DNA of 64,000 nt from Octopus vulgaris (GCA_951406725.2 OX597819.1:111290001-111354000); one strand, 5' to 3'; numbered from the stretch's first letter, positions 38,777 through 54,094 are shown. The notes: a model not told the origin generated them from the sequence alone. Made by a program: numbers and translations.

Positions 38777-40102
38777 ATATATACATACATATATATGTAT
38801 GTAATTATGTATATATGTATGTATGTAAATATGTATGTGTGTGTGAGCACGTGTATACATGCACATGTACAGACGCACAGATACCTCGGCAAGCAATTTT
38901 CTCCGTGGAAACGTTTAAGTATAATGGATTGGTTCGCTGTAGATATACCAAACAGTGGAAATTAGTGGCAACAAATAAGTAGAAAATAACAACAGCAACA
39001 ACAACGCCAGCACCACCAATGCCACCGCCAACACTACTACTACCACCACCTCTCAACCACCATCTCCCAACCACTACTTCCCCACCATCACCTCCCCACT
39101 ACCACCAACGCCAGCAGCACTACCAATACCAATGATGGTGTTGGTAGTAGCACTATTGCTACCACTAACACCACCACCACCGCTACCACTATACCACCAC
39201 AATAACCAATACCACCACAAGCACCCCTATCCCCAACACCAGCACTACAACCAACACGATCACCACTACTACCACCACCACTAACAGCACCACAAGCGCC
39301 CCCTTCCCCACCATGACCACCACCACCACCACCACTACAATCACCACAGTCACCACTAGTAACATAATCAACTACAACAACAACAACAAAAGTAACAACA
39401 GTGTCAGGAAGTATAAATGTATAACTGAAAAAAAAACGCAAAAACTATTTGAAAACAGAGAAAGGGAAAGAGAGAAAGAAAGAGAGAGAGAGAGAGAAAA
39501 AAGAGAGGGATTCTTTTAGAGAAAGGGAGAGAAAGTAGGTGAGAGCGAAAGCGAGTAAAAGAGTCAGAGATTAAATTGTATAACGTTTGGGACTTCAACA
39601 AGTGTAATAGTTATTCTGTATCAACAACAACAACAATAACAACAACGGCCAAATCTTGCACGAAGCAAAATAATAGTAAAAAAAAAAACCTGAAGTTAAC
39701 AAAAAAAACAAAAAACAGTAGCAACCAAAAGCACCACAAAACCAAAATATAAGATGAAGGAATAAACAATAACAATAATAGCAGCAACATTTCCAAGATT
39801 CGAAACAACAACATTAGCAATAACAACAAATTCTATGAAAAAAAAACAAAAAAACAGGAAAAACCAGAAAATTAACAAAATGACAATAGCAACAAAAACA
39901 CCAGGAAGGAAACGATAAGTAAAGGAATAAATAAGAACAGAGTTAGCAGCAACAACCACCACGAGAGGAAGTGTTTCATCATGAACAACAACAATAACAG
40001 AAACAATGACAGCAAATGAAAGAAAACATCAATTTGACGAATAAATCAACCAAGTTAATCACAGCAATTTTAGAAAAACTACTACTACTACTACTACTGC
40101 TG

Positions 40103-40150
<48 letters not shown>

Positions 40151-40512
40151 TAACAGCAGCCTAAACAACAACAGCAACAGCAGTAACAACAACAGCAATA
40201 ATGACAGCAACAGCCATAAGAACAGCAATAGCAGGAGCAGTAATTGTACTAACAACAACAACAACAATAACAGCAGCAGCAGCAACAATAGCAACAACAT
40301 TAAGAGGAGCACCAGTAACCGTCACGAAAATAACAGGAACAGCAAGGTTAACAACACCACCCCTCCACCCCCAACAACAACAACAACAACAAAATCAACA
40401 ACAACCCTTCTATTTAACAATAACATAAACAACACCCTTCCTTCCTTAATTAATGTGAACTGGATTATTGATACTCAAGAAATGGTAACCAAATCACACT
40501 GAGAATATGCAT

Positions 40513-40935
40513 TGGTTTCAAATTTTGGCACAATGCCTGCAATTTTGGGGGAAGGTGTAAGTTAATTACATCGACTCCAGTACTCGACTGGTATTTAGTT
40601 CATCGACCTCGAAAAGGTAAATGGCAAAGTCTACCTAGGCGAAATTTGAACTCAGAACGTAAAGATAAACAAAATGCCGCAAAGCATTTTGCCAGGCATG
40701 CCGAAAATTCTTATTTCTTTATTGCCCACAAGGGGCTAAACATAGAGAGGACAAACAAGGGGATTAAGACGATTAGATCGACCACAGTGCGTAACTGGTA
40801 CTTAATTTATCGACTCCGAAAAGATAAAAGGCAAAGTCTACCTAGGCGAAATTTGAACTCAGAACGTAAAGACAAACGAAATGCCCCTAACCATTTTGCC
40901 AAGCGTGCCGACAATTCTGCCCGCTCGCCACCTTA
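40513..40935 (-). mobile_element. SINE family B (two units)
   Basis: Homology to family B. Confidence 0.85.
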
Positions 40936-42662
40936 GCTGGAGTTTTTACTGGATAGTGTAATTCTAGTTATATTATGTCCGGAAAATAATTTTTAAAAAA
41001 ATAAGAGCGATAGTCACGGTTGAAACCTCTTTGATCTTAGGTATGTTGAATCGAGGGTGACTTCGATCAAAACAACGGCGACAACGATGCCCCCACCCCC
41101 ATTACACATATCAGCTTATTGAGACGCTACATTCCTTTCAAATCATATACCGAAGGGAAACTGTATAATGTAGTAGACCTTAACGTACAAAGAGGGACAG
41201 CTGGGAAGCCTCTGACTATTAGTTCTTCTCTGTTAAGACTGACCGACAACAACATTCATTAACGTCAGTACAACCAGTAGTATTTAAAACTCAGTAGCTA
41301 ACCCAGTGTGGCAAGTGTGTACCAATCTGCAATTTTGTGACATATTGTATTATAGATTAGATTTTCCAAAGCGCCACAACCCATTTGTTGTTTCTCCATG
41401 CTCTCTTGAAGATGAGCAGAGTTAGTGGGCTCCCTGTACACTTCCGACCCGATTTGCTAGCTAGGGAGTTGTCTACCGTAGCTTTCACTTTTTAGTAGGC
41501 ACTCACAAACAGCGAGGGTTTATGCTCAGAGCTGCCCTCTTAGTCTGGCTACCTTCCAAGACTGTCAGTCCGAGATCATCTGCCCAGTTATACCGAAAGT
41601 GTAGCTGTGGATACAGAAACATGCTTTAACAAGAGCTAAGGGTGCCTCTTTCTCCCCCTTGTTTCTCTTAGTAACCTTACATCACACTGGACACTAACGT
41701 ATAATTACTAATACCCTGCCCAATTGTTAGTTAGTCGTTGATCATCTATGGGGTTCATCCATTCTTTCGAGAAACCCTGCTCATCAGGCAAACCTGGTGG
41801 TAGATAGTTTTATCCACCAATAATCCGACCAAGTAATAGTTTGTACGAGGCTACATTTAACTTGTGTCAACACACAAACCCAATACAGTTACTTAAGCGG
41901 AATGACGAAGACACCCCAATCCCTTACATCCGACCTGACTTCACATTTACTGGAAAGTGCAAAGAAAAATTACAAATGATTTATTTGTGACATTTCTAAA
42001 TGGTACACAGACTGTAACATAAATATTAGCGTGTAAATACTGAGTTAAAAAATAAAAATAAAAACACTGAATAGAAAATGTCAAAGGCTGCTCGTAGGAC
42101 GCGAACCCGCAGCTGCTGTAAACTTGACAGGCGTTTCACCTTCGATTTATCTCTGCAAAGGGAATTTTAACCCAATATTTACATGCTATTATTTAAAGCT
42201 TTATTTACTTCGAGATTCACTATTAAAATCGAATGGTTTCACGTTCTCTCAAAGTTTCTAAATTGTTACGACGTAAAAAGTAATTCATGGCTAAACGATT
42301 AAATCGTAAATAATAGTGTCATACACATCGGCACGAGGTCGGAAATTTTAGACGATCACAATTTAGGTGACGTCTGGTTTATTTTTATCGAGTCCGGAAG
42401 TATAAAAGGCAAGCTTTACTTGGAATGCATTCGAACATAGAAAAAATCTAGCTGGAGCAAATACTGTAACACAGTTTATACGACTCTCTAGCAATTCTAC
42501 TAATCCATGGCCCCAATTAAATGCAGATAATAAAGAATGTGAGAGGAAGTGTAACTCATTAACGTTAATTATGTAGTACAATTACGTTTTATCAGAATGA
42601 AGGATGTGATAATTAATAAATTATTTAGTAGTGTAAATAACCCATTATTGTTCAACAGCAGT

Positions 42663-42864
42663 TAAGGCAAAGAGCTGATCGAATCGTTAACACACCAGGC
42701 AAAATGCTTAGCGGCATTTCGTCCGTCTTTACGGTCTGAACTCAAATTCCTCCATGGTCGACTTTGCCCTTCGGGGTCGATAAATTAAGCACCAGTGAAA
42801 TACTGGGGTCGATGTAATCGACTAGTCCCATTCCACCAAAATTTCAAGGCCTTGTGCTTTCAGT
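42663..42864 (+). mobile_element. SINE family B
   Basis: Homology to family B. Confidence 0.85.
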
Positions 42865-43250
42865 ACTCTTTTACTTGTTTCAGTCATTTGACTTTGGCCA
42901 TGCTGGAGCACCACTTTTAGTCGAGCAAATCGACCCCAGGACTTATTCTTTGTAAGCCCAGTACTTATTCTATTGGTCTCTTTTGCCGAACCGCTAAGTT
43001 ACGAGGACGTAAACACACCAGCATCGGTTGTCAAGCGATGTTGGGGGGACAAACAAAAAACACACATATACATACGTATATAGATATATAAGACGGGCTT
43101 CTTTCAGTTTCCGTCTACCAAATCCACTCACAAAGCTTTGGTCGGCCCGAGGCTATAGTAGAAGACACTTGCCCAAGGTGTCACGCAGTGGGACTGAACC
43201 CGGAACAATTTGGTTGGTAAACAAAATACTTACCACACAGCTGCTCCTGC
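42865..43250 (-). mobile_element. SINE family A
   Basis: Homology to family A. Confidence 0.9.
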
Positions 43251-43263
43251 AGAAGGAATATCA

Positions 43264-43301
<38 letters not shown>

Positions 43302-43339
43302 GTTATTGTTGTTGTTATTACTATTACTATTGTTATTAT

Positions 43340-44400
43340 TAAGGAGGTGAGCTGGCAGAATCTTTAGCACACCGGGTAAAATGCTTAGCGGCATTTCGTC
43401 CATCTTTACGTTCTGAGTTCAAATTCCTCCGAAATCGATTTTGCCTTTCCTCCTTTCGGAGGTCGATGAAATAAGTACCGGTTAAGCACTGGGGTCTTGT
43501 GCCTATGGTAAATTCTAATTCAGCAGCAGTTAAGACGTCAAACTGGACGAGTCGTTGGTGTATAGGGCAAAAATCTATAAAAAGTCCCGGCTCTTTGTGT
43601 TCGGAGTTCAAATATCGCCAAAGTCAACTTGACTTTCATCTCTTCAAAGCTCGATAAAATAAAGTATCAGTCAAGTACTGGGAATAATGTAATTCGTTGT
43701 TTCTCTCCTTTCAGAATTGCTGGCCTTGTGCCAAAATTTGAAAGCATTATTCAACAGCAGATGGGAGTTGTGAATTGTTCGAATGGTTAGATGGCCGGAC
43801 AAAATACGTTGCAGTATTTGTTGCGACTTTTTAAGCTCTAGGTCAAATTTTAAACTTAAAATGTGCTGAGTCCTGTCGACGTCGGCTCTGATTTTCATCA
43901 TTTCGGGATCAATAAAATGAAGTATCAATAAAGTACTAAGATCGATGTGATCAAATAACGCCCTTCTCACAAATTTTCAGGCCTTGTGCATATGTTAGAA
44001 ATAATCACTCAACAAATAGAATGCACTGCAATATTTGCTCCAGCTCTCAGCAATCAGATTTCGAATCGCACCGAGGGCAGCTTTGGTCATCATCCTTTCA
44101 GTGTCGATAGATTAATGTGTCAGTAAAGTACTAACCCTTTTAACAGGAACCCAGCTGAAAGCACCTCTGGCTCTGTGATACAAATGTCTTGTTTTCAAAA
44201 TCTTTTAATTAAAGTCTTCAACCAAACCTTAGTCACAATTTATGTTCCTAACACAAGCTTAATGATAACTAAGTTATTTTACTAAATTCTTTGTTATATT
44301 TAAAATTAATTGAAAGAAACATAGAGCATCTCAACAGAAATATGGTAACAAAAGGGTGAAATCGACTAACGTTCTCCCAACAAATTCCAAGTCTTGTGCA
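43340..44400 (+). mobile_element. Cluster of about four same-orientation family B copies of different ages
   Basis: Copies at ~43340, 43525, 43760 and 44020; further clusters at 45342-45860. Confidence 0.75.
44135..44357. mobile_element. piggyBac-like MITE nested in a family-B SINE
   Basis: ctaa-ccctttt ... aaaaggg-tgaa termini (degenerate TTAA TSD, CCCTTT TIR start); SINE sequence resumes on both sides. Confidence 0.65.
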
Positions 44401-44920
44401 GCGCTGGATAAACCATCAAGCAAAATAACTATGTGCTTAGGGCATCAGGGGATGCGGCACCACAGAAATGATAGATGATATACGACACGAAAGAAATGAT
44501 CATAAACTTGGTAAAATAATATTCGAAGTGGTTTATATGATTGGAAACATAATTTCGAAGTGTTTGTAGTGTCATAATGAGATTTGCAATTAAAATAAGT
44601 AGGAAAATTTTCAAATAAAATAAAGTGGAACTATAAAAAAACATCGTTTTCCATTTTACTTGTTAGTTTCGTTTCAGGGCCTCTATGGGTCTTAATCCGG
44701 TATTGGTCTTGCGAGGTCAAAGGTGGGAGGATAGGAAGAACATTTGTGTCTGCCTGCGACTATATGTGCGCCTAAAGCATTTAGCAAAACCCTAGCTCTT
44801 GTTGATACCAAACTCTCGTTTACATGCGACCATGCACCCTACTTTCAAAGTAAAGGATGAGATCTTTAATTAGTGGATATTTAAGCAACGCGTACGAGGA
44901 TAGCTGATGGGTTGGAAGTA

Positions 44921-44963
44921 GTGCTGATGAAGGAGAAATAACTCTTGAAATCTGTATATACAC
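44921..44963 (+). ncRNA. Type I hammerhead-like motif (same family as 7634)
   Basis: gtg-CTGATGA-aggag-aaataa-ctctt-GAAA-tctgtata-TA/cac; flanks are homologous to those of the 7634 copy. Confidence 0.6.
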
Positions 44964-45966
44964 ATTCCTACTTTTTCTATTTTCAATCGCATTGTTTTCA
45001 TATATGTATTCGTATACAAAACAACGTTACTTATGGTGGTGGCTCTGAATTTTATGGAAAATCTATAGAGTTAAACTTGGAAATCAGTTAATGATCTCAT
45101 TCTTTACTGCATGAGTAAAGTACATAGAGATAATCTTTAAACTAAAAACGTCGCACTGCTAACGAAAAAGTAAGACATAATATTGACTTGCAAAACGAAA
45201 TACTGTAGCCTTACTAGCAATTAACAGTAATTAATTATGTAGCAGTATAAATATTCCGCTATTATTCATCATTTTATAACCAATTATATGACAGAGGACG
45301 AGATAGCAAGTGTATATCATCATTATTATGTTGTTATTTATAAGGCAGAGAGCTGACAGAATCGTTACATGGTCGGGAAAATAATTCGCAGTATTTCTTC
45401 CGGCTCTTTGCAGTCTGAGTTCGAATCCGCTGAGGTCAACATTGCAGCTCATCATATCGTTCGGGGTCGATAAAGTAAAATATCACTGAAGTACTGAGGT
45501 CGAGTTATGGAGTAACCGTCTTCACTCAAAATTACGGAGCTTATGCGAATCAAAAATGAGTTTTATGCATATTAGTATATAGGGAAGTAGAAGGCGGTAT
45601 TTGTATGCCGGTTCAAATGCTTAGCGGCATTTTGTCCGTTTTCACGTTCCGAGTTCAAATTACCTATAGTAGAAAAGACTATTTAGCGAAAGGGGCTAGG
45701 AGAATGTTTGAGTCAGAAGAAATACTTTGCTGGATTTTTACCGTGTCTTTACGCTCCGAGTTCAAATCCGGCTAGGGTTAAATTTCCTATCCATCTTTTC
45801 ACGGTCGATAAACTGAAGCACTCGTTAAGTACTGGGGTCGATGTAATCGACTAGCGCCCTTTCTATAAAAAGGCCAGCAACAACACCACAGCTACTACCT
45901 TCATCCTCACCGCCGCCGCTACCACCACCACTGTGCCGCAACAATAATGACAACTTCACCACCACC

Positions 45967-46003
<37 letters not shown>

Positions 46004-46159
46004 CATCACTACCACCATCATCATCACTGCTACCACCACTAGCACCGCTGCCGTTGCCGCCACCAACACAAACTGTGCCACCAAAACTACGGTGTCGCCA
46101 ACAATATTATGCCGCCAGCACCACCGTCAACTGCCGCCTTGAACAACAGCACTACTGAT

Positions 46160-46720
46160 ACCTCTGCCACCATCATCACCACCATAAGGAACAACATCAT
46201 CACTGCCACCACAGCCGCCATGACCACTACTGCCACCGCCACCACCACCGATACCACCATCACCAACACCGATACCAGCACCAGCACCAGCACCAGCATC
46301 ACCAACACTACGACCATCACCACCGCTACCACCACCACCACAGCTGCCACCACCATCAGCACCATAAGGAACAACATCATCACTGCCACCACAGCCGCCA
46401 TGACCACTACTGCCACCGCCACCACCACCGATACCACCATCACCAACACCGATACCACCACCAGCACCAGCACCAGCATCACCAACACTACGACCATCAC
46501 CACCGCTACAACCACCACAGCTGCCACCACCATCAGCACCATAAGGAACAACATCATCACTGCCACCACAGCCGCCATGACCACTACTGCCACCACCACC
46601 ACCACCGATACCACCATCACCAACACCGATACCACCACCGTCACCAGCACCACCAACACTACGACCATCACCACCGCTACCACCACCACCACCGCTGCCA
46701 CCACCATCAGCACCGCTGTG
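46160..46720 (+). repeat. ~180-bp minisatellite, about three copies, built on (CAC/ACC)n
   Basis: accataaggaacaacatcatcactgccacc recurs at 46181, 46361 and 46538 (periods 180 and 177). Confidence 0.95.
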
Positions 46721-46786
46721 ACCACTACCAACACTACCACCAAGAGCAACAATACCACCGGCAACATTGCCGCCATCACCACCACC

Positions 46787-46818
<32 letters not shown>

Positions 46819-47365
46819 CAACAACACCCACCCCCTACACCACCATGAAACGATGCCAACCACAACAAAGTAATTGTTCCCAATTAACTGTTTTACTTTA
46901 CCTTAACTTATTGTTAAGTGTAATTACTGTTGCTGTTGCTGTTGTTGTTATAATGGCGGCGGTGGTGGTGGTGATGGTGGTGATGGTGGTGGCAGTAGTG
47001 GTAGTGATGATGGTGATTGAAATAGTGATGGTGGTAGTAATAGTGATGGTGGTAGTAATAGTGATGGTAGTCGTTGTGGTGGTCAGGTGCGATGTTGTAA
47101 TGGTGGTGGTGGCTGTGGCGATAACAATCCGAACGATATTGTGTTGCTACGTACCTAGACTCTTTCACTTGTTTCAGTCATTTGACTGTGGCCATGCTGA
47201 AGCACAGCCTTAAAGGTTTGTTTTTAGACAAAGAAATCGACCCAAGGACTTGTTCCTTGTAAGCCTGGTACTTATTCTATCGGTCTCTTTTGTTGAACTG
47301 CCAGATTACAGAGACGTAAATACATCAACAAGCGAATGGTCAGGGTACAAACACAACGACACAAA

Positions 47366-47421
<56 letters not shown>

Positions 47422-47575
47422 CATCCGAAATTGCGAAGATGATCCGGTTCTTGACTGATGACTGAGGGCTTCGAATGTCCCGTCCTGTCGTTCTTGTGTC
47501 GTCTTCTAGGTGTTTCACGTTCTTGTCCCAGTTTGTATATATTTTTTACTTTTTACATACATATATATACACGAT

Positions 47576-47968
47576 AGGCGTTGGAGTGGCTGTGTGGTAA
47601 GTAGCTTGCTTACGAACCACATGGTTCTGGGTTCAGTCCTTCTGCGTGGCACTTTGCGCAAGTGTCTTCTACTATAGCCTCGGGCCGACCAAGGCCTTGT
47701 GAGTGGATTTGTTAGACGGAAACTGAAAGAAGCCCACCGTATATATGTATGTATATGTGTGCGTGTGTGTGTGTTTGTCCCCCCAACATCGCTTGACAAC
47801 CGATTCTGGTGTGTTTACGTCCCCATAACCTAGCGGTTCGGCAAAAGAGACCGATAGAATAAGTACTAGGCTTACAATGAATAAGTCCTGAGTCGAGTAG
47901 CTCGACTAAAGGCGAAGCTCCAGTATGGTTACAATCAAATGACTGAAAAAATAAAAGAGTAAAAGAAT
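47576..47968 (+). mobile_element. SINE family A
   Basis: Homology; tail fragment on the minus strand at 47158-47365. Confidence 0.9.
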
Positions 47969-48511
47969 ATATAATTATTTAATTATATATATATATATAT
48001 ATAGGGAGAATTCACGAAAAAAGAAGAAAAGTCGAAGACAGGTGGTCTAGAAAACAAACAGATGTATTAGTATAACGCTCAGGATGCGACGGGATTCTTT
48101 CAGTTTCCGCCTACCAAATCCACTCACAAGGCTTTGTTCAGCCCGAGGCTATGGTACAAGAACGGGCCTAATGTGCCTCGCAGTGGGACTAAACCAAGAA
48201 CCATGTAGATTGGAAGCATGCTTCTTACCTCACAGCCACACCGGCGCCTATGGAACGCCGAAAAAATAATTCTCTTGTAATTCGCCTTTCGTGTATCCGA
48301 TTTCATTTTCTTACAAAAACCGATGTCTCGTCTTCCATACGCCAAGTGAAAATAGCTGAGCCACTCGTTTAATATCGAAGTGTACTCATATAGTTTATAC
48401 AGACACAATGGTTAATGAACCGCTATAAAACAAGAATTTACTGCAATAGAGGTGTTGCGCCCTAGTAACGTATGATACGAATTTTATGTTGACGCATATA
48501 GATATAGTTTT

Positions 48512-48730
48512 AGGGCGGCGAGTTGGCAGAATCGTTAGCACGCTGTATTTCGTCTGCTGTTACGCTCTGAGTTCAAATTCCGTCGTGGTCGACTTTACCT
48601 TTTATCCTTTCGGGGTGGATTAAATAAATACCAGTTACACACTGGGAACGATGTAATCGACTTAATCCCTTTGTCTGTCCTTGTTTGTCCCTTCTATGTT
48701 TAGCTCCTCTGTGGGCAATAAAGAAATAGA
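48512..48730 (+). mobile_element. SINE family B
   Basis: Homology; other copies at 21360-21560(-), 27935-28100(+), 32323-32445(+), 36372-36570(+), 54825-55025(-). Confidence 0.85.
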
Positions 48731-48744
48731 TAAAAATATTGTTT

Positions 48745-48958
48745 TATTCTTTTATTTGTTTCAGTCATTTAACTGCGGCCATGCTGGAGCACCGACTCGA
48801 GAGTTTTTTTATTCGTACAATTCAACCCCAGAGCTTATTTTTTTAAAACCGAGTACTTATTCTATCACACTCTTTGCTGAACCTCTAAGTTACAGGGACG
48901 TAAACACACCAGACTGGTTGTCACGTGATGGGCGGACAAACACATTCACAAAGACACA

Positions 48959-48999
<41 letters not shown>

Positions 49000-49160
49000 C
49001 CCCCCACACACACACATACACACATCACCCCCCACACACACACGTATATATATGCAACGGGCGTCTTTCCGTCTACAAACTCTATTCACAAGACTTTGGT
49101 CAGTACGAGGCTATAGTAGATGCCACTTGCCCAAGGTGCCATGCAGTGGGATTGAACCCG
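48745..49160 (-). mobile_element. SINE family A
   Basis: Homology to family A. Confidence 0.85.
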
Positions 49161-49763
49161 GATATTTGCCTCACCTAAAAAATTTGCGTCGTTACAATAA
49201 GTTGTAAAAGAGAAAAACTAAGAGACACTAAAAAGAGGGACATGTCAATGTGTATGCAAGTCTATAATACACACTGACATGTCCCTCTGTCGTTTCTCTT
49301 AATTCTTCACTTTTACAACTTTTTTGTAAATATCCGGTTAAATTTTCCCTATTACCCCATTTGTTTTTACTTCTTGATTTTTTGTAATAACTTTCTTGGA
49401 TTTTTTCCCTCAAACTCTTCACACGGAAGAGAATGACTATACATAACTTTAATTATAATTATAATTATTATTATTATAATTTTTTCTTACATATTTGTAT
49501 TGCCCTTTGAAATGTTCGTATGTGTTTCTTAAATCAAATTTTGATTTTTAAACATCTTTTCCCCATTTTTATAATTGTTTATGATATCTTTATACCTATA
49601 ACGAACTTTTTCACTTGTTATTTTCATATTCTTATTGCTTGCTCTAGCAGGATATTTCTGGATTTGATGAATTTTTATTAGAAATTATTTTCTCTGTTTT
49701 TGGGATCCTCTGTCCGTGTTTTTGTATCGTCTTCTGGATGTTTTGCGTTCTTGTCCTATTTTG

Positions 49764-50009
<246 letters not shown>

Positions 50010-50014
50010 TAGAT

Positions 50015-50121
<107 letters not shown>

Positions 50122-50327
50122 CAGACGTACGTGTGTGCATATGATTGTGTCTATCCTCCGCGAGCGCTTGACAACTGGTTCTGGTTTGTTTACGTCCTCG
50201 TGACAAGAGACTCAGATAAAATAAATAACAGACTTTTTACAAAAAGTACTAAGGTCGATTTGTTCGGCGAAACCCTTCAAGGTGTTACCCTGCTATGGCT
50301 GCAACCCCACCACTGAAACAAGTAAAC

Positions 50328-50370
<43 letters not shown>

Positions 50371-50524
50371 CAGACACGAGTCCATAAATACATTTTATAG
50401 TTCATAAGTCCTTTGTCTCAAAGCATAATCTAGCATAATCTAATTGTATATATACCCCCATCTTTCGCACACATAATTATATGTGCGCGCATAGCGCGTG
50501 TCTGTGTACCCACATATATATATG

Positions 50525-50568
<44 letters not shown>

Positions 50569-50698
50569 TACATAAAAAAAAAAATATATATATATGCATA
50601 CATGTATATATATATGTGTGTGTGTATATGTATATATGTATGTATACGTATATATACATATGCATGCATATATTTATATACACATATCTCTCTCTCTG

Positions 50699-50747
<49 letters not shown>

Positions 50748-50750
50748 CTA

Positions 50751-50795
<45 letters not shown>

Positions 50796-52234
50796 ACACA
50801 TGCAAAGAGAGAGAGAGAGAGAGAGACTAGTGACTCTTGTTCGCATTGTTACGCTGTATATTAACATGTGATAATATTTCAGGTTGAGAAAACATAATGA
50901 AAATAAAACATTTCCTAACCATATGTCACCTGATAACGATATTGTATGTTGTCATTTATTGCTATTGTATATATATAGTTTATGGCGATATCATATTTCA
51001 CTCACACGCACACAAACACCTGTATATCTCTATATATGCACATGTATATATGCATGTGTGTGTATACATAGCTGTATATGCATATACATAAATGTGTTTG
51101 ATTATGTGTGTGTATATATATATATATATATACATATATATGTGTATATGTATACATATACATATGTATAAATATATATATATATACATATATATGTGTA
51201 TATGTATACATATACATATGTATAAATATATATATATATATATACATATATATACATGTATATATACATAATATGTATATGTATATACATGTGTATATAT
51301 ATATATGCATGTATATATATATATGTATATATACCTATACATTCATATATGTATATGTCACTCTCACAAACCTTTTGACGTATGCAACTCACATATGTTA
51401 CATACGTATGCATTACAGTATATATATATATTGTGTGTATGTGTGCATGCGTGTGTGTGTGTTACGTATGTGTGTGTATGTGTGCATGCGCGTGTGTGTG
51501 TTGCGTATGTGTGTGTGTGTGTGTGCATAGGTGTAAATATGTATGTTTACACCAGCACATGATTTCGCACAGTAAACACACACATGCACATATACGCATG
51601 CACAATCGCATGTGTCTGTGCGTGTGCCTGTGTATATATGTGTGTGTGTGTGTGTGTGTGTGCACATGCGCATGCATATGAGTGCGTACGTGTGCTTGTG
51701 TGTTTGCGGTTTTGCGCCTGTCATTGAATGTGTTTGAGTGCAAGCCTCGGGTAATATCTTACAGTAATTCTTCCGGTTCCCTCAATTCGGGGTTCAATTC
51801 CCGGCAAAGTCTAGTTTTGCCCGTCGTCCTTTCAGGGTCGATAAAATATATATAACAATGTATATTTACTCGTGTTCTGGCAGTTCTCTTAATCCGTTAA
51901 TCGTTTTGTAAATGCAATCTTTATTGAATTCATTATTGAGTTCATCTCAGTTCCTACATATATACATAAATCTGAGAAACAAGCAATTACACACACACAC
52001 ACAGAAACACAAACGCGAGCTTCCAGTTATTTGAATTCCTGATATCTGATGAGAAGGATGCATCCTACGCGGTCAAGAAACTGTAAGTCATACAAAGGTG
52101 AGGCATAGTCGTATTGCAATTGTATGTAACTCCTACGAAACGTGTTGACAGCCATTTTCGTTCGTTTGTTCACCTGTCTCTTGTGTGTGTGTCTGTGTAT
52201 GTGTGTTTGCGTATATATATATATATATATGCAT

Positions 52235-52430
52235 CTCGTATATATATCAAATTTATAGAAAAACAAAGACCAAGGCAGGTGTAGGAACAATAAGCAAGTG
52301 TATTAGTTTGACGTTCGGGAAAAAAGTCTTTTACATTTCGAGCCTACGCTCTTTGATAGAAAGGAATAAGAGGAAATAAACAGAGAGAGAATGAACATAG
52401 CGTGTTGTATTCAGTGGTCCAACATGGCGA
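52235..52430 (-). mobile_element. Diverged HHR-bearing repeat with decayed core
   Basis: Minus strand cttt-ctatcaa-a-gagc-gtag-gctc-gaaa-tgta-aaag; downstream sequence resembles 11380-11480. A partial relative lies at ~48003-48085. Confidence 0.55.
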
Positions 52431-52521
<91 letters not shown>

Positions 52522-53153
52522 TGTCTGTCTGTGTGTCTGTCTGTCTGTCTGTCTGTGTGTGTGGAGAGAGAGAGAGGAAGAGAGAGAGAGAAAGAGAAAG
52601 AGAGAGAGAGATACTTAGATAAATAGATAGATATACGTGTATACAGACACACGCAAACACATACACACATACACAGATATACACACACATACACACATTT
52701 ATATATATATACTTTTATGTATCTGTGTGTATATTGTTGTAGTATGTATTTAACCAAAAGGAATGGAATCAACAGTGAAACAAAATTCATTTACTTATTG
52801 TATTATTATGTTAAGATGTAAAGAAACTGTACTTGCATTTATAACTGTCTTTAAATGCATCGCCTCTAGTTATCATCGTACTCAATGGATGGCAATTCCT
52901 GCTGAAATGAATTCGACACATATAACTATTTCTGAGTAACAACATATAAAATTATGTATTGCATCAATAGGAAAGCTATGTACTGGAAATATTGTAATGG
53001 AAATATATGTACGATATCGGTTACCGTATATTTAATCTACATTTATCTTCCGATAACTATTGCTTGTAAATGGATGGCTTTAGTGAGTGGATATGATAGA
53101 TGGTCTGCTGCAAAATTTTGCCGTTGTATGTTCATTGTCGGGCTGTATATATG

Positions 53154-53203
<50 letters not shown>

Positions 53204-53753
53204 GTACTGTTCCATAATAGAAAATTCAAGAATAAAAAGGTACTTTATCAGGTGAGAGGTATAAATATTACTTATTTAAAGGACACAATACATGTCTTTA
53301 AGTGCTACTGATAGTTTCACATGTTGAGAAATATCTCAAAATTATTCATCAGTCACAAACCACATATAACGAACTAAAAAGAAATTGAATAAGGAAAGAA
53401 ACGGGAAAAAACTAAAGAGGCAACATAGAGAAAACGTGGAAGGTTAAAGAGAGAAAAGGTTAAACGAAAAACAGAAAACGAAAGCACGAAAACTAAAATG
53501 AAAAAAGTAGGGAGTAATATAGGTAAAAGAGTTATCCTCCTTAGAATTGGGAAGATATCAACAAGTTTATCAGGAATAGGCGAAATTTTCCAATTCTTCA
53601 AAACATATTTATACATATACTTGCAACCGTTGAAGATTTCAGACCTAGAGTTCAGTAGAGATTTAGTGGTCTTAGATCAGAACAGGATCTGCATACTTTC
53701 AGGATCTGCCTACATGTATTCGATCTATTAATATGAGGTATGGATTTCTCAAT

Positions 53754-53844
<91 letters not shown>

Positions 53845-53849
53845 GTGTA

Positions 53850-54078
53850 TCTTTTCTCTTGTAAATTGTTTCAGTTATTGGTGACCGGCCATGCTGGGGC
53901 ACCGCCTTATAGTATTTTAGTCGAATGAATCGATCTCAGTATATATAATTTTTAAAGCCAGGTACTTATTCTATCTAGCTCTTTTATCCAATCGCTAATT
54001 TACTAGGATGTAAGTATATCAACACCGGTAGTTAAGCAGTGCTGAAGGACAAACACAGATACAAAGATACACACACAC
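53850..54078 (-). mobile_element. SINE family A tail
   Basis: Diverged homology. Confidence 0.75.
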
Positions 54079-54094
54079 TAGTACACATGTACAT

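Noticed and set aside
41755-41795. Minus-strand ctgatgag...ctcgaaa HHR-like motif
   Set aside because: No convincing stems I and III; the surrounding 41100-41950 may be a decayed LINE 5' region but is too degraded to call.
52027-52088. 56-bp open mini-exon (ag...gtaagt) and ctgatga...gaaac motif
   Set aside because: No polypyrimidine tract or homology for the exon; stem II does not close for an HHR.
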